A stretch of 64,000 bases of DNA from Obrimoposthia wandeli (Eukaryota): positions 310,001-374,000 of the forward strand of contig CDROCS010000122.1 in the NCBI GenBank assembly GCA_977020255.1, given 5' to 3'. Below, in pieces: positions 1-11,216 of this stretch. The notes beneath the pieces are model-generated. The model was given only the letters and a program-made list of their open reading frames with translations, made no database searches and was not told where the DNA came from. Position 1 is the stretch's first letter; each line of letters starts with the position of its first letter. The position numbers and the translations under genes are program-made.

Positions 1-1
1 A

Positions 2-292
2 TTTTATGTCTTTGGTCACTGGGTGTTTGCACTACAACGAAATATGCAAGTACGCTGGTGTGATTTAGCACTGCAATCACTGGATTCTCAGGCTCAAAAA
101 ACCGCAGCCCAAGAATTAAAGCAGCACCTTTCCCTTGTGGCAAATAAATGGAATGAATTTACCATGCTTGATAAATTGAGCCGGAAGATCGATCGTGTTA
201 CGCCAGCTCAGGTGGCGCAAAAATGTATTGATGCTGCAACATTGGAACTAGACAGTCCACGTTATTGGCTGGCATTACAAAAGGTGCTTTGA
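2..292 (+). CDS. 3' end of an unidentified CDS that starts before the window
   Basis: Frame is open from base 2 (FYVFGHWVFALQRN...) to TGA at 290-292; no family motif recognised. Confidence 0.55.
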   Translation, partial: FYVFGHWVFALQRNMQVRWCDLALQSLDSQAQKTAAQELKQHLSLVANKWNEFTMLDKLSRKIDRVTPAQVAQKCIDAATLELDSPRYWLALQKVL

Positions 293-437
293 TTAGCAAA
301 ATGGTATCAATAGAAAGGGGAAAGAGGCGTACTCCTAACCTTTTCTATTTCTTTTGAAATTACGGCGATTTCTCTTGAGTAAAGTCATTCATGCCTGGGT
401 CAAGTTCAAACACTTTTGACACAGAAGTAGATACGCT

Positions 438-583
438 GAATCACTCCCGAAGGGCCAGTTTTGTTGGAATCTATGCGGTGTTACTTATTTTCAACGTAGA
501 ACAACTAGGTCTATAAATAAGTGTCTTGCCTAGAGCCCAACAAATTCTCGCTGAAACGAGCATCTTGAGGTAACTTGGGTATA
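438..583. mobile_element. MITE-like palindromic repeat, left-truncated long copy
   Basis: Ends in GCTGAAACGAGCATCTTGAGGTAACTTGGGTATA (shared with 45071-45104) and starts with GAATCACTCCCGAAGGGC (shared with 45046-45063); has an internal imperfect palindrome TTGTTGG...CCAACAA. Confidence 0.8.
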
Positions 584-603
584 AAGTTCTACTAAAAAAA
601 TAA

Positions 604-1479
604 CTAGGGTTTTGTGTGGGTAACCATTACCAATTCTTGATCGCTAACGAGTTCAAACTGAACATATAGCGCACTGTATTCTGCAAGTGATTGTATGTGA
701 GAGCCACCGCATGGGATTTCAATCATTTCCTTCTCCCCTAAATCACATTGCCAGTAACGTGAATCGGTTAACTGCGTACCTTCACGGCGCATCACTACCT
801 CAGCACCACTCTGACGCCAAGTTTCTAACTGCTGGTTAATGAGTTCAGTTAACGCCACTAAATTAGCCAGCATATCTGCCGTATTTAGCCCACGTTTGCG
901 TAATGTTTTACCTAACCGATAAGTATCAGTACTTTTATCTTCACTCACAATGCTCTGCTGCTGAGCGTAACTGTGAAAATCGTAATGCCCTAATTCATCT
1001 TTACGTGAGGCATCTTTACGCCAATAATCGCTATGTAACACTTTATTAAGTGCTAAAGAAGAAAGATGTCCTGCACTATGCCCACGGCTTAATGCCTGCT
1101 GATTAGCCTTATCAACCGACAAGATGACGGTATCTCCCCTGCTCCATTGAACGTCTTCAGCAATATAATGCACAACAACAAATGCCCAACCAGACACATC
1201 ACGCTTAACGGGAATGTCTGTGCCGACATAAAGCGTATTCGTTGCTAAATTAACAGCACCTGTAAAACAACCTGCCACATCAAAACATATTTCTCCCACA
1301 GTCATAGTGCCTTTATCTGCAGGGTGATCAGGCCAAATATGACTAACAGGATGAAAACAGGTGCGATCTGTCACTACATATACACCACGTGAAATGGCTG
1401 GTTCACATAGCTGAATTTCAGCTTCTGTTTGCCATTGTGGCACCGTAAATAGCACGTGGGTTGGTGTAACATCAGACAT
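604..1479 (-). CDS. AlaX-like alanyl-tRNA editing domain protein (tRNA_SAD, metal-dependent hydrolase)
   Basis: HxxxH (HSAGH) and CxxxH (CGGSH) zinc-binding motifs; N-terminal TCFHP..DHPADKG resembles the AlaX TxFYP..GQPxDxG motif. Confidence 0.75.
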   Translation of the reverse strand: MSDVTPTHVLFTVPQWQTEAEIQLCEPAISRGVYVVTDRTCFHPVSHIWPDHPADKGTMTVGEICFDVAGCFTGAVNLATNTLYVGTDIPVKRDVSGWAFVVVHYIAEDVQWSRGDTVILSVDKANQQALSRGHSAGHLSSLALNKVLHSDYWRKDASRKDELGHYDFHSYAQQQSIVSEDKSTDTYRLGKTLRKRGLNTADMLANLVALTELINQQLETWRQSGAEVVMRREGTQLTDSRYWQCDLGEKEMIEIPCGGSHIQSLAEYSALYVQFELVSDQELVMVTHTKP

Positions 1480-1568
1480 ATTTTGAACCTTTATTTATGA
1501 TGGTATCAATATCGACAAGTCTCAGGGCGCGACTTATCAAAAATAGTAAACACGACGGAAGCACAGAT

Positions 1569-1599
1569 AAAAAAATACCCAACACAAGGCTGGGCATTT
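1569..1599 (-). terminator. Intrinsic terminator after der
   Basis: Minus strand GCCCAGC-CTTGT-GTTGGGT followed by a T-rich tail. Confidence 0.65.
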
Positions 1600-1626
1600 C
1601 TATTAATACGCTGTTAATAAGACAAG

Positions 1627-3111
1627 TTACTTACGGCGACCGTGAAGCACACCCGTCAAACGCTTACGTTGACGTTCTTGAGAAACAGTTAATTTCTGCT
1701 TCGTTGTTTCAAATGGGTTTTCACTATTCTGGAATTGAATACGAATTGGTGTACCCATCATTTCTAATGAACGACGGTAGTAGTTCATTAAGTAGCGCTT
1801 GTATGATGCTGGCAGATCATTAACCTGATTACCGTGAATAACGATAATTGGTGGGTTGTAGCCACCTGCGTGTGCATACTTTAACTTCACACGACGTCCA
1901 CGAACCATTGGTGGTTGGTGATCATCTTGAGCCATTTGCATAATACGTGTTAGAAGCGATGTACTAATACGCTTAGTTGCTGACTTATATGCTTCAATAA
2001 CTGAATCATATAAGTGACCAACACCTGTACCATGCAATGCTGAAATAAAGTGAATACGAGCAAAATCGATGAAACCTAAACGGCGATCTAATTCTGATTT
2101 AACGCGCTCTTTCACTTCATTATCAAGTCCATCCCACTTGTTTACAGCAAGTACAAGTGAACGACCTGAATTGAGCACAAAACCTAATAGGCTTAAATCT
2201 TGATCTGAAATATTTTCACGAGCATCGATGATAAGCAAAACAACGTTCGCATCTTCAACTGCTTTTAGGGTCTGAATAACAGAGAACTTTTCAACTGCTT
2301 GGTTCATGTTCTTACGGCGACGAACACCTGCAGTATCAATAAGTACGTATTCTTGCCCATCACGTTCCATTGGAATGTAGATAGAATCTCGCGTCGTACC
2401 AGGCATGTCATACACAACAACACGTTCTTCACCAAGAATACGGTTAGTTAGTGTTGATTTACCTACGTTAGGACGACCAATGATCGCTAACTTAATAGGC
2501 TGCTCTTGCAGACGTTTGTAAGCGGCTTCTGCATCTTCTTCTGTCAGTTCTGCTTTTTCGATATCTTCTACTGAAGATAAATCAATCAGACCTTCCTCTT
2601 CTTCGCCAGCTTTCAATGATTCTGCAAATGGGGCTAATGCACGTTCCATCAACGCTGTTACACCACGGTTATGTGCTGCAGCAACTTGATACATTGCATC
2701 AACGCCTAGTTTCCAGAATTCAGCACAAGCACTATCAGCATCAATACCATCGATCTTGTTTACAACAAGAAAGGTTGGTTTTTCACGGCTACGAAGGTGC
2801 TTTGCAATAGCTTCATCAGATACAGTCAGACCAGCACGACCATCCACAAGAAACAGTACGACATCTGCTTCTTCAATCGCGACTAATGACTGTTCAGCCA
2901 TTTTTGTTTCAACACCTTCTTCAGTGCCATCAATACCGCCGGTATCAATAACAATAAATTCGTGCTCTTCTAGCTCTGCTCTGCCGTATTTACGATCCCT
3001 TGTTAGGCCAGGAAAATCAGCTACCAGCGCATCCCTTGTGCGGGTAAGACGGTTGAATAACGTCGATTTACCTACGTTAGGGCGCCCAACTAGGGCAACA
3101 ACAGGAATCAT
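1627..3111 (-). CDS. der: Ribosome biogenesis GTPase Der/EngA
   Basis: Two [10 protein letters not shown]-loops, DTGG/DTAG and NKxD motifs, KH-like C-terminus; follows bamB. Confidence 0.98.
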   Translation of the reverse strand: MIPVVALVGRPNVGKSTLFNRLTRTRDALVADFPGLTRDRKYGRAELEEHEFIVIDTGGIDGTEEGVETKMAEQSLVAIEEADVVLFLVDGRAGLTVSDEAIAKHLRSREKPTFLVVNKIDGIDADSACAEFWKLGVDAMYQVAAAHNRGVTALMERALAPFAESLKAGEEEEGLIDLSSVEDIEKAELTEEDAEAAYKRLQEQPIKLAIIGRPNVGKSTLTNRILGEERVVVYDMPGTTRDSIYIPMERDGQEYVLIDTAGVRRRKNMNQAVEKFSVIQTLKAVEDANVVLLIIDARENISDQDLSLLGFVLNSGRSLVLAVNKWDGLDNEVKERVKSELDRRLGFIDFARIHFISALHGTGVGHLYDSVIEAYKSATKRISTSLLTRIMQMAQDDHQPPMVRGRRVKLKYAHAGGYNPPIIVIHGNQVNDLPASYKRYLMNYYRRSLEMMGTPIRIQFQNSENPFETTKQKLTVSQERQRKRLTGVLHGRRK

Positions 3112-3229
3112 AAGTACCTCTTACTTTTTAGTGTCTTACAGACAATTGTCCCATTCATTCTTGCCTCAAGCCGACATTCGAGTACAGCCTTCATCCGACA
3201 ATAATATAGTAAATGGGTATAACAACAAC

Positions 3230-3282
3230 GGCTCCTGACTGTTTGAAACAGCAGGAGCCGACAAATTTTTCACTGCATTATA
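3230..3282 (-). promoter_or_regulatory. Candidate internal der promoter (-10 TATAAT) with a downstream leader hairpin
   Basis: ATTATA at 3277-3282 reads TATAAT on the minus strand; GGCTCCTG...CAGGAGCC inverted repeat at 3230-3259; -35 is weak. Confidence 0.45.
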
Positions 3283-3290
3283 CCGACTAA

Positions 3291-4454
3291 TTACGGCATT
3301 TGCATTTTGTTGATTTTACCATCTCGAGTCACAACTAGATAGCCATCATCTAAAGCGATTGGCGGTATAGCAAAACCACTACCATCTGTTGCTTGTTGAG
3401 CAACAAACTCACCAGTATATGGATCTAACCAATGAAGGTATCCTTCACTGTCACCTAATACTAAGTATCCAGAAATCACAGAAGGCGCACTTAATAAGCG
3501 GTATTCCAGATCTTTATTTTGCCAAAGTTCTGTGCCACTACGTGTATCTACTGCAACAATGTGATCTTTGTCTGTTACTAAGTATAACTGGCTACCATCA
3601 ATAACGAAATCTGTTGCTGATGAGTAAGCTCGCTTCCAAGCAACTTCACCGCTACGCAGTTCAATCGACACTAGCGCACCGTTGTAACCTAGAGCATATA
3701 AACGCTCACCAGCAATAACAGGGGTTGCATCAACATCCACTAAGCGATCTATTTCTGTAGCACCTTTTGGTGAACCAATAGGCTGTTGCCATAGCATTTG
3801 ACCAGTATTCATCAACGCACCAGCAAGACGGCCATTGGCCTGTCCCCAGAAAATACCGCCTGAAATTGCGACAGGTGAACTATCACCACGCAATGTCAGT
3901 GTTGGTACTTCACTGCTTAGCTGCCATTTTGCTTCACCGGTTTCAGCATCAAGCGCTTGCAACACACCACGACTGGTATTAACCACCACCATGCCATTAT
4001 CAACAAGTGGGTTAGCTAGTACTTCACCTTCAACTTTTGTACGCCAAATTTCTTCACCGGTTTCTTCATCCAATGCAATGACATCCGCATTTTCAGTACC
4101 AATAAATAATTTACCGTAAGAAAGTGTAATACCACCTGAAAGCTTAGCCGTTACGTCGCCTTGTAAGTCTTGTTGCCAAATCACTTTACCGTTTTCAGGA
4201 TCAAGTGCTTTAACAAGACCATTTCGTTCAGCCGCAAAGATTTTTCCATAACCGATAGCCGGAGATAATCGAGAGAAATAACCTTCAACGCCATCCCCAA
4301 TAGTCTGACTCCAGACTTGTTGGGATACGATTGTATTCTCAACAACAGGCAATGGTGCCATCTGAAACGTATCTTCTTCACTAGCACAGCCAGCAAGAAC
4401 ACCAAGCGTTAGCGCAACAGTTAAAGCTCGCTTAAACACTTTTTGCATAGTCAT
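3291..4454 (-). CDS. bamB: Outer-membrane assembly lipoprotein BamB
   Basis: Lipobox LAGC, PQQ-like beta-propeller repeats, position between yfgM and der. Confidence 0.95.
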   Translation of the reverse strand: MTMQKVFKRALTVALTLGVLAGCASEEDTFQMAPLPVVENTIVSQQVWSQTIGDGVEGYFSRLSPAIGYGKIFAAERNGLVKALDPENGKVIWQQDLQGDVTAKLSGGITLSYGKLFIGTENADVIALDEETGEEIWRTKVEGEVLANPLVDNGMVVVNTSRGVLQALDAETGEAKWQLSSEVPTLTLRGDSSPVAISGGIFWGQANGRLAGALMNTGQMLWQQPIGSPKGATEIDRLVDVDATPVIAGERLYALGYNGALVSIELRSGEVAWKRAYSSATDFVIDGSQLYLVTDKDHIVAVDTRSGTELWQNKDLEYRLLSAPSVISGYLVLGDSEGYLHWLDPYTGEFVAQQATDGSGFAIPPIALDDGYLVVTRDGKINKMQMP

Positions 4455-4459
4455 CCGCC

Positions 4460-5071
4460 TTACTGAGCTAGATCATCAAGCTTCATCTGCAATGCAGGCG
4501 AGGCACCAAGTTGCTGTGCACTTATGTAAGCTTCACGAGCAGCAATAATATCGCCTTTAAGCAATGATATATCACCGCGCAGCTCAGCAACTTTCGATTG
4601 CCAGCTTGTCGCTGTTACTTTCTTAAGTTCAGTAAGCGCTTCATCAAATTTCTGTTGCTCTGCATAAATACGTGCCAGACGTGTCTGCGCAAGAGGCAAG
4701 ATTGCTTGATCTTTAGTTTGGCTAATAGCCCACGTTAGCTGCTTAATAGCACTATCTAAATCACCAAGCTCGACTTGTATTTTCGCCAGTTGAAGCGCAG
4801 CAAGTACTGAGTACTGGCTGCTTTCATTCGCCGAAATAAACGCTTGTACATCAACTACTGCTTTTTCGCTGCCACTATCGAGAGTCGTCATTACCTGTGA
4901 ATAAGCATCAGAAGTCTGTTCTTTTGCTGTTTGAACTTCACCTTGATAATAACGCCAGCCATAAAGACCACCCAAACCAATCACAGCACCAAGAACAACG
5001 GCTTTACCGTTCTCTTTCCACCATGATTTAAGTGCTTCAACCTGTTGTTCTTCGGTCTCGTAGACTTCCAC
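4460..5071 (-). CDS. yfgM: Ancillary SecYEG subunit YfgM (TPR)
   Basis: ETEEQQVEALKSWWKENG N-terminus, single TM helix, TPR-like region; GTG start. Confidence 0.93.
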   Translation of the reverse strand: MEVYETEEQQVEALKSWWKENGKAVVLGAVIGLGGLYGWRYYQGEVQTAKEQTSDAYSQVMTTLDSGSEKAVVDVQAFISANESSQYSVLAALQLAKIQVELGDLDSAIKQLTWAISQTKDQAILPLAQTRLARIYAEQQKFDEALTELKKVTATSWQSKVAELRGDISLLKGDIIAAREAYISAQQLGASPALQMKLDDLAQ

Positions 5072-5084
5072 TTCCTGTCCTCTC

Positions 5085-6353
5085 TTAAATCAATTCAGCC
5101 AGCTTTGCTGTTACTTCATCCTGTGCCATGGTTGTTTGCTCACCACCACGGAGATCTTTTACTACCACAGTGTTATCAGCGATTTCATTCTCACCAAGAA
5201 CAAGTGCAATAGCTGCGCCTACGTTATCAGCACGTTTAAATTGCTTCTTAAAATTACCACCACCGAAGTGGTTCATTACACGTAATCCGGGAATGTTTTC
5301 ACGTAGCTTTTCAGCCAGTTTCATTCCAGCCATCATCGTGCCGTCACCAACCGTAACGATATAAGCATCAACTGAGCGACGAACGTCAGTTAGTTCAAGC
5401 GTTTCCATTAATAAAACTAAACGCTCAACACCCATAGCAAAACCAACTGCAGGTGTTGCTTTACCGCCAAGTTGTTCGACTAAGCCATCATAACGGCCAC
5501 CGCCACAAACTGTACCTTGAGCACCTAGGCTTTCAGTAATCCATTCGAACACGGTACGGTTATAGTAATCTAAACCACGTACAAGGCGTTCATTTACTTG
5601 ATATTCGATACCAGCAGCGTCTAATAGTTCACATAAACCAGCAAAATGTGCTTTAGAATCGTCATCTAAGTACTCAGAAAGCTTCGGTGCATCGACCAAA
5701 ATTTCTTGTACTGCTGGATTTTTAGTATCAAGCACGCGTAATGGGTTTGTGTGCATACGACGCTTACAATCTTCGTCAAGCACATCTAAATGCTGCTCTA
5801 AAAATGCAATCAATGCTTCACGGTATATTGCACGAGCTTCTAAAGAACCAATTGAATTCAGCTCTAGGCGAACGTGTTGATTGATGCCTAGCTCACGCCA
5901 TAGGCGAGCTGTCATCATGATCAGTTCAGCATCAACATCAGGGCCATTCAGACCAAATACTTCAACACCAACCTGATGGAATTGGCGGTAACGACCTTTC
6001 TGAGGGCGTTCATAACGGAACATCGGACCGATATACCATAAACGTTGCTCTTGGTTATACAGCAAACCGTTTTGAATACCCGCACGTACACAACCTGCTG
6101 TACCTTCAGGGCGAAGGGTTAAGCTGTCACCATTACGGTCTTCAAAGGTATACATTTCTTTTTCAACAACATCGGTTACTTCACCGATAGCACGCTTAAA
6201 CAAATGCGTTGTTTCAACGATAGGCATACGAATTTCGTTATAGCCATATGCGCTTACTACTTGCTTAATGGTGCCTTCCACTTTTTGCCATAGGGCAGAT
6301 TGTGTAGGTAGGCAGTCGTTCATGCCTCGAATTGCTTGAATTTGTTTCGCCAC
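5085..6353 (-). CDS. hisS: Histidine--tRNA ligase
   Basis: [38 protein letters not shown]. Confidence 0.98.
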   Translation of the reverse strand: MAKQIQAIRGMNDCLPTQSALWQKVEGTIKQVVSAYGYNEIRMPIVETTHLFKRAIGEVTDVVEKEMYTFEDRNGDSLTLRPEGTAGCVRAGIQNGLLYNQEQRLWYIGPMFRYERPQKGRYRQFHQVGVEVFGLNGPDVDAELIMMTARLWRELGINQHVRLELNSIGSLEARAIYREALIAFLEQHLDVLDEDCKRRMHTNPLRVLDTKNPAVQEILVDAPKLSEYLDDDSKAHFAGLCELLDAAGIEYQVNERLVRGLDYYNRTVFEWITESLGAQGTVCGGGRYDGLVEQLGGKATPAVGFAMGVERLVLLMETLELTDVRRSVDAYIVTVGDGTMMAGMKLAEKLRENIPGLRVMNHFGGGNFKKQFKRADNVGAAIALVLGENEIADNTVVVKDLRGGEQTTMAQDEVTAKLAELI

Positions 6354-6448
6354 GTTTTTTCTCGTTTACCGACGGGGAATTAAGTCGAATATAAAGGTTA
6401 TAAAGGAAATAGTGAACCGCTCCCTGACAATCAGAGGGCAGTTTTGGT

Positions 6449-7570
6449 TTATTGCTCTACTTCTTGTACGTTAATGCGATTATTAACGTCCAACATCGCT
6501 GCTTTTGCGCGGATTTTTGTTTCTAGCAGATCAATAACATTGTCGTTATCAAATCGTTCTTTTTGACGAATGCCATCTTCATAAAATGCGCTTTTACGGC
6601 TACTGCCTGCAACACCCAGATGGGAAACTTCCGCTTCACCAGGGCCATTGACAACACAACCGATAATAGAGACATCCATTGGAATCGTAATGTCTTCTAA
6701 GCGTTGTTCTAGCTCGTTAACTGTACCGATAACATCAAACTCTTGACGAGAACATGTTGGGCAAGCAATGAAGTTAATACCACGCGAACGAATACGCAGT
6801 GATTTAAGAATATCAAAACCAACTTTGATTTCTTCAACCGGATCGGCGGCTAATGAAATACGTAACGTATCACCAATACCTTCAGATAAAAGCATCCCTA
6901 AACCAACGGCTGATTTAACAGACCCAGCACGCGCACCACCTGCTTCGGTAATGCCTAAGTGCAAGGGTTGTTTAATCTGCTTAGCTAGTCGACGGTATGA
7001 TTCAACGGCTAAGAAAACATCAGACGCTTTCACGCTCACTTTGAATTGATCAAAGTTCAAGCGATCTAGAATGTCGACATGACGCATTGCTGATTCAACA
7101 AGGGCATCAGGCGTAGGCTCACCGTATTTCAGTTGGATTTCTTTTTCTAACGAACCACCATTAATGCCGATTCGAATAGGAATATTATAATCGCGGGCAC
7201 ATTCAACAACAGAACGTATACGTTCTTCGTTACCAATATTACCTGGGTTAATACGTAAACAATCAACACCGTATTCAGCCACTTTTAGTGCAATGCGATA
7301 ATCAAAATGAATATCAGCAACCAGCGGTATATTGACCTGCTGCTTGATAAGCTTAAACGCTTCTGCTGCATCCATTGTGGGAACAGAAACACGCACAATA
7401 TCGGCACCGACTTTTTCTAATGCTCTTATCTGCGCAACAGTTGCTGCAACATCTGTGGTGAGCGTATTCGTCATCGATTGAACGGCAATCGGTGCACCAT
7501 CACCAATCGGCACATCGCCGACATAAATGCGAGTGGATTGACGACGTATAATTGGAGATTCACTATGCAT
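6449..7570 (-). CDS. ispG: HMBPP synthase IspG
   Basis: [21 protein letters not shown] and GCVVNGPGE Fe-S motifs. Confidence 0.98.
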   Translation of the reverse strand: MHSESPIIRRQSTRIYVGDVPIGDGAPIAVQSMTNTLTTDVAATVAQIRALEKVGADIVRVSVPTMDAAEAFKLIKQQVNIPLVADIHFDYRIALKVAEYGVDCLRINPGNIGNEERIRSVVECARDYNIPIRIGINGGSLEKEIQLKYGEPTPDALVESAMRHVDILDRLNFDQFKVSVKASDVFLAVESYRRLAKQIKQPLHLGITEAGGARAGSVKSAVGLGMLLSEGIGDTLRISLAADPVEEIKVGFDILKSLRIRSRGINFIACPTCSRQEFDVIGTVNELEQRLEDITIPMDVSIIGCVVNGPGEAEVSHLGVAGSSRKSAFYEDGIRQKERFDNDNVIDLLETKIRAKAAMLDVNNRINVQEVEQ

Positions 7571-7582
7571 TACATATTCTCT

Positions 7583-8575
7583 TTACAACGGAAGCTTAAA
7601 TCTTGCGACTTTACCAGCAGGATACACGCTAAGATCAACAGGTTCGCCTTTGTAAGTCATTTCAACAACACCCGGCGCACCAAGTACAACTTTAAACGGT
7701 GCTGCGCCATTTAGATTCAGCACATCACCCGTTTTCTTTATACCGGTATCAAGACGCTTACCATTCGCGTCACGAACATCAATCCAGCAGTCTCCGGCAA
7801 AGATCAATTTTAAATCCGAAACCATTGCGCCATCATCTGTGCTTTCTGCACTTTCAGATATGACGTCTGATGCTTGCTCTGCGACAAAACTATCGTTATC
7901 AGTACCCGCATTAATGACTGCTGAAGGGTTTGAAATTGAAACTTCATCATCAACAGCAGAAATCAAATCATGATCATTAGTCGTTGATAACACCGTTTCA
8001 GGTTCGCTCGCAGTAACAACGGCACCTTCAACCGCAGCATTAATGTCAGAAGCAGATACCCCCGTTATCGTCGGATCAGATAAGTCAGAATTGGCTATGG
8101 ATTCATCTAACGGTTGAGACAGCTCAGTAGAAACCGTTGATAAGTCAGTACCCGATTCTAACTGCTCACTTTGCCACCACCAGGCAGCTGTTAGACCGAT
8201 GATAATCGCCGCGACACCCCAAGTAATACCCATAATTCGACTATCATGTGCTTCACGCTTCGTGCGACGAGAGAAGCTTTGCATTTCTTGTTCTTTAGGC
8301 TGAGCGTGGCCAAGCTGATCCAGCTTTGCCAGTATTTCTTTTTCATTTAAGCCAACATATTTTGCATATGAACTTACGTAACCACGCGTAAACGTGGCGA
8401 CTTGAGATTCTTCAAAAATGTTGTCTTCAATATTATTGATAACAGAAATTTTAAGACGTAAACGGCTGGCAATATCCTTTTGAGAGTAGCCTAGCTTTTC
8501 ACGCGCTTGTCGCAACATATCCCCTGGACGAATCACTTCTTCTGTTGAGTACTCTTCGTTCTCTTTAATATTCAT
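7583..8575 (-). CDS. rodZ: Cytoskeleton protein RodZ
   Basis: N-terminal HTH (LRQAREKLG...FTRGY), one TM helix, C-terminal DCWIDVRD domain. Confidence 0.92.
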   Translation of the reverse strand: MNIKENEEYSTEEVIRPGDMLRQAREKLGYSQKDIASRLRLKISVINNIEDNIFEESQVATFTRGYVSSYAKYVGLNEKEILAKLDQLGHAQPKEQEMQSFSRRTKREAHDSRIMGITWGVAAIIIGLTAAWWWQSEQLESGTDLSTVSTELSQPLDESIANSDLSDPTITGVSASDINAAVEGAVVTASEPETVLSTTNDHDLISAVDDEVSISNPSAVINAGTDNDSFVAEQASDVISESAESTDDGAMVSDLKLIFAGDCWIDVRDANGKRLDTGIKKTGDVLNLNGAAPFKVVLGAPGVVEMTYKGEPVDLSVYPAGKVARFKLPL

Positions 8576-9320
8576 TGGCTAGATATTTCTGATATTGCTG
8601 AGAATCTGGGAACTGCTCTTTAAGCAAAACGGCATACTTATCCACTTCTGTTAATCGTCCAGCCTGATTTTCTAACTGAATGAGTAGCCATAAGCTATCC
8701 GCTTTATACCCATATCTCTTGTTAAATTTAAAAAGCATGACGCGTGCATCTTTAAAATTATCAGATTCAATTTCAAGTTGCGCCAGCTGCAAAATAGATT
8801 TTGGTCTGTACGGGTCATGAGAGAGCGATTTTTTAAAATAAAATTGTGCTTGTGAATTATCACCTTTTTTAAGGCTACACAAACCTGCATTCTCATAACT
8901 GGCAGATATCAAATAATAATACGGTTGTTTAATTGCCTTTTCAAAGGCCGCAATGGCATCGTCGTAACGCTGCTCACTACACAAGAATACACCATAGTTA
9001 TTTAAAACATCGCCATTTTTTGGTGAATCTCGTAATGCTTCTTTATACATACTTTCTGCAGCGTCATTCTCATCCACAGCCTGAAAGTAATATGCCATTG
9101 CATTTTGAGCACGATAATACCTGGGAGCATACTTTAATGCTATTTCAAGGTTTTCTCTAGCTCGTTGCCATTGACCGTCATCAAGATAGCTAAGGCCAAG
9201 AGAAATTCTAGCCTCAGAAGCTTCGATACTATTAAATTCTTTCTTATTGCCCGTTTCTTGAACGGTTATACAGCCCACTAGCAAACTACACAATAATGGG
9301 TACAACGTCCATTTAACCAT
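8565..9320 (-). CDS. pilF: Type IV pilus secretin pilotin PilF/PilW (TPR lipoprotein)
   Basis: Lipobox LVGC, TPR repeats (LNNYGVFLC, YENAGLC), located between rlmN and rodZ. Confidence 0.88.
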   Translation of the reverse strand: MVKWTLYPLLCSLLVGCITVQETGNKKEFNSIEASEARISLGLSYLDDGQWQRARENLEIALKYAPRYYRAQNAMAYYFQAVDENDAAESMYKEALRDSPKNGDVLNNYGVFLCSEQRYDDAIAAFEKAIKQPYYYLISASYENAGLCSLKKGDNSQAQFYFKKSLSHDPYRPKSILQLAQLEIESDNFKDARVMLFKFNKRYGYKADSLWLLIQLENQAGRLTEVDKYAVLLKEQFPDSQQYQKYLANEY

Positions 9321-9360
9321 GTTTTATCTCACATCGACATCCTTGTCTATACATCTGTTT

Positions 9361-10482
9361 TTAGACCGTTTTGACAGGGATTTGTTCACCTTCATGTTGC
9401 TTAACTTGTGTGCGTTTCGTGCGGTCAATCACATCGCCGACTAATTGCCCACAAGCAGCATCGATATCGTCACCGCGAGTTTTACGTACTGTAACTGTAA
9501 AGTCATATTCCATAAGTGTTTTCATGAAACGATCGATACGTGAATTGCTCGGTTTACGGTATGGTGACCCAGGATACGGGTTAAATGGAATAAGATTAAT
9601 CTTTGCAGGGGTATCTTTTAGTAATACTGCTAACTGACGCGCATGTTCCATGTCATCATTAACATGATCTAACAAAACATATTCAACAGTTACACGACCA
9701 CGGTTCGCTTTTGATTGCTCAACGTATCGACGAACAGATTCAAGGAAAGTCGCTATATTGAATCGATCGTTAATTGGCATGATCTGAGAACGCAGCTCAT
9801 CCGTTGGTGCGTGCAGTGAAATCGCCAAAGCAACATCAATATTACCTGTCATCTGATCAAGACCAGAAACAACACCCGATGTAGAAACAGTTACACGACG
9901 TTTAGACAAACCAAAACCGATATCATCTAGCATAATTTCTAATGCAGGGATCAGGTTTTTCATATTAAGAAGTGGTTCGCCCATGCCCATCATTACAACA
10001 TTGGTGATAGGACGACGACCTGTGTCTTTTTCAATACCAATTTCTTTTGCTGCACGCCATACCTGACCAATAATTTCAGATACACGTAAATTACGGTTGA
10101 AACCCTGTTGACCGGTTGAACAGAAAGTACATGCAAGAGCACAACCCACTTGCGAAGAAACACACAAGGTTGCACGATCACCGTCAGGAATATAGACAGT
10201 TTCAACATCTTGATCGCCAACACGCATAGCCCATTTAATGGTGCCATCAACTGAGTATTGTGCTTCTGCAACATGCGGTGCACGGATTTCAGCAACGCGC
10301 TTAAGTTTTTCACGAAGCTTCTTATTGATATTCGTCATTTGATCGAAATCATCACAACCGAATTGGTAGATCCACTTCATGATTTGATCTGCACGGAAGG
10401 CTTTTTCATTCAGCTCTTCTGCAAAGTATGTACGCAACCCTTTGCGATCTAAATCCAGTAGATTAGTTTTGACTGTTGTCAT
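9361..10482 (-). CDS. rlmN: 23S rRNA/tRNA m2A methyltransferase RlmN
   Basis: Radical SAM CxxxCxxC (CALACTFC), MGMGEP, DAACGQL; start moved to MTTVK (GAGG upstream). Confidence 0.97.
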   Translation of the reverse strand: MTTVKTNLLDLDRKGLRTYFAEELNEKAFRADQIMKWIYQFGCDDFDQMTNINKKLREKLKRVAEIRAPHVAEAQYSVDGTIKWAMRVGDQDVETVYIPDGDRATLCVSSQVGCALACTFCSTGQQGFNRNLRVSEIIGQVWRAAKEIGIEKDTGRRPITNVVMMGMGEPLLNMKNLIPALEIMLDDIGFGLSKRRVTVSTSGVVSGLDQMTGNIDVALAISLHAPTDELRSQIMPINDRFNIATFLESVRRYVEQSKANRGRVTVEYVLLDHVNDDMEHARQLAVLLKDTPAKINLIPFNPYPGSPYRKPSNSRIDRFMKTLMEYDFTVTVRKTRGDDIDAACGQLVGDVIDRTKRTQVKQHEGEQIPVKTV

Positions 10483-10677
10483 CGGTTGTTGCCTCATTAA
10501 AAAATGACGGATTCTATGCCTTGGCAATCTTAAAAGTATGATTGCGTGTAACAGGACAATTCAAGGCGCGAAATTGTACAGCCTTTGCCTGCCTGTTTCC
10601 ACTTGTAAGCACTAAGGTTATTTTAGCAATGGCACGTAACTTCAGCGAAAAAACATTTTATGCAAAGCAAAAATGAC

Positions 10678-10701
10678 AACGGGAAGCCGAAGCTTCCCGT
10701 T
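10678..10701 (-). terminator. Terminator-like hairpin after ndk
   Basis: AACGGGAAGC-TTCG-GCTTCCCGTT on the minus strand; T tail is interrupted. Confidence 0.6.
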
Positions 10702-10734
10702 AATAATCTGTTTTGTATGAAATTTGATCAATTG

Positions 10735-11163
10735 TTAGTCACGAGGACAAATTTCATCTTCTGTAAAGAAATAGGCAATTTCACGTGCCGCTGATTCAGG
10801 GCTATCAGAACCATGTACTGAGTTATAACGCATACTTAATGCAAAATCTGAACGAATCGTGCCACACGCCGCATCTTCTGGGTTAGTTTTGCCCATTAAT
10901 TCACGGTAACTATAAATCGCATCTTCACCTTCGAGTACCTGTACCATCACAGGGCCCGATGTCATGAATTCCACTAGCTCATTAAAAAATGGTTTTGCTT
11001 CATGCTCAGCATAAAACCCCTGCGCTTTCGCCGCATCGAGATGAACCATTTTTGATGCCACTATTTTTAAGCCTGCGTTTTCAAAACGCTGATAAATAGC
11101 GCCAATCAAATTACGCTTAACAGCATCGGGTTTTACAATTGAAAACGTTTTTTCAATAGTCAT
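10735..11163 (-). CDS. ndk: Nucleoside diphosphate kinase
   Basis: [18 protein letters not shown] catalytic His motif. Confidence 0.98.
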   Translation of the reverse strand: MTIEKTFSIVKPDAVKRNLIGAIYQRFENAGLKIVASKMVHLDAAKAQGFYAEHEAKPFFNELVEFMTSGPVMVQVLEGEDAIYSYRELMGKTNPEDAACGTIRSDFALSMRYNSVHGSDSPESAAREIAYFFTEDEICPRD

Positions 11164-11216
11164 TATAATCCTTCCTTTTGAGTCAATTCGTTCTTGGCTA
11201 AGCCTATTTCTAATTA

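Noticed and set aside
360-437. 25-codon minus-strand frame (SVSTSVSKVFELDPGMNDFTQEKSP*) starting exactly at the truncated MITE junction; possible gene or transposase remnant
   Set aside because: An open stretch this short is common by chance and I recognise no motif; it needs a TBLASTX hit
391-516. 41-codon plus-strand ORF reading into the MITE
   Set aside because: Mostly repeat-derived and has no convincing ribosome-binding site
1497-1823. 108-aa ORF and the many other short ORFs antisense to or nested in core genes across the window
   Set aside because: Shadow ORFs of well-conserved genes with no motifs or translation signals
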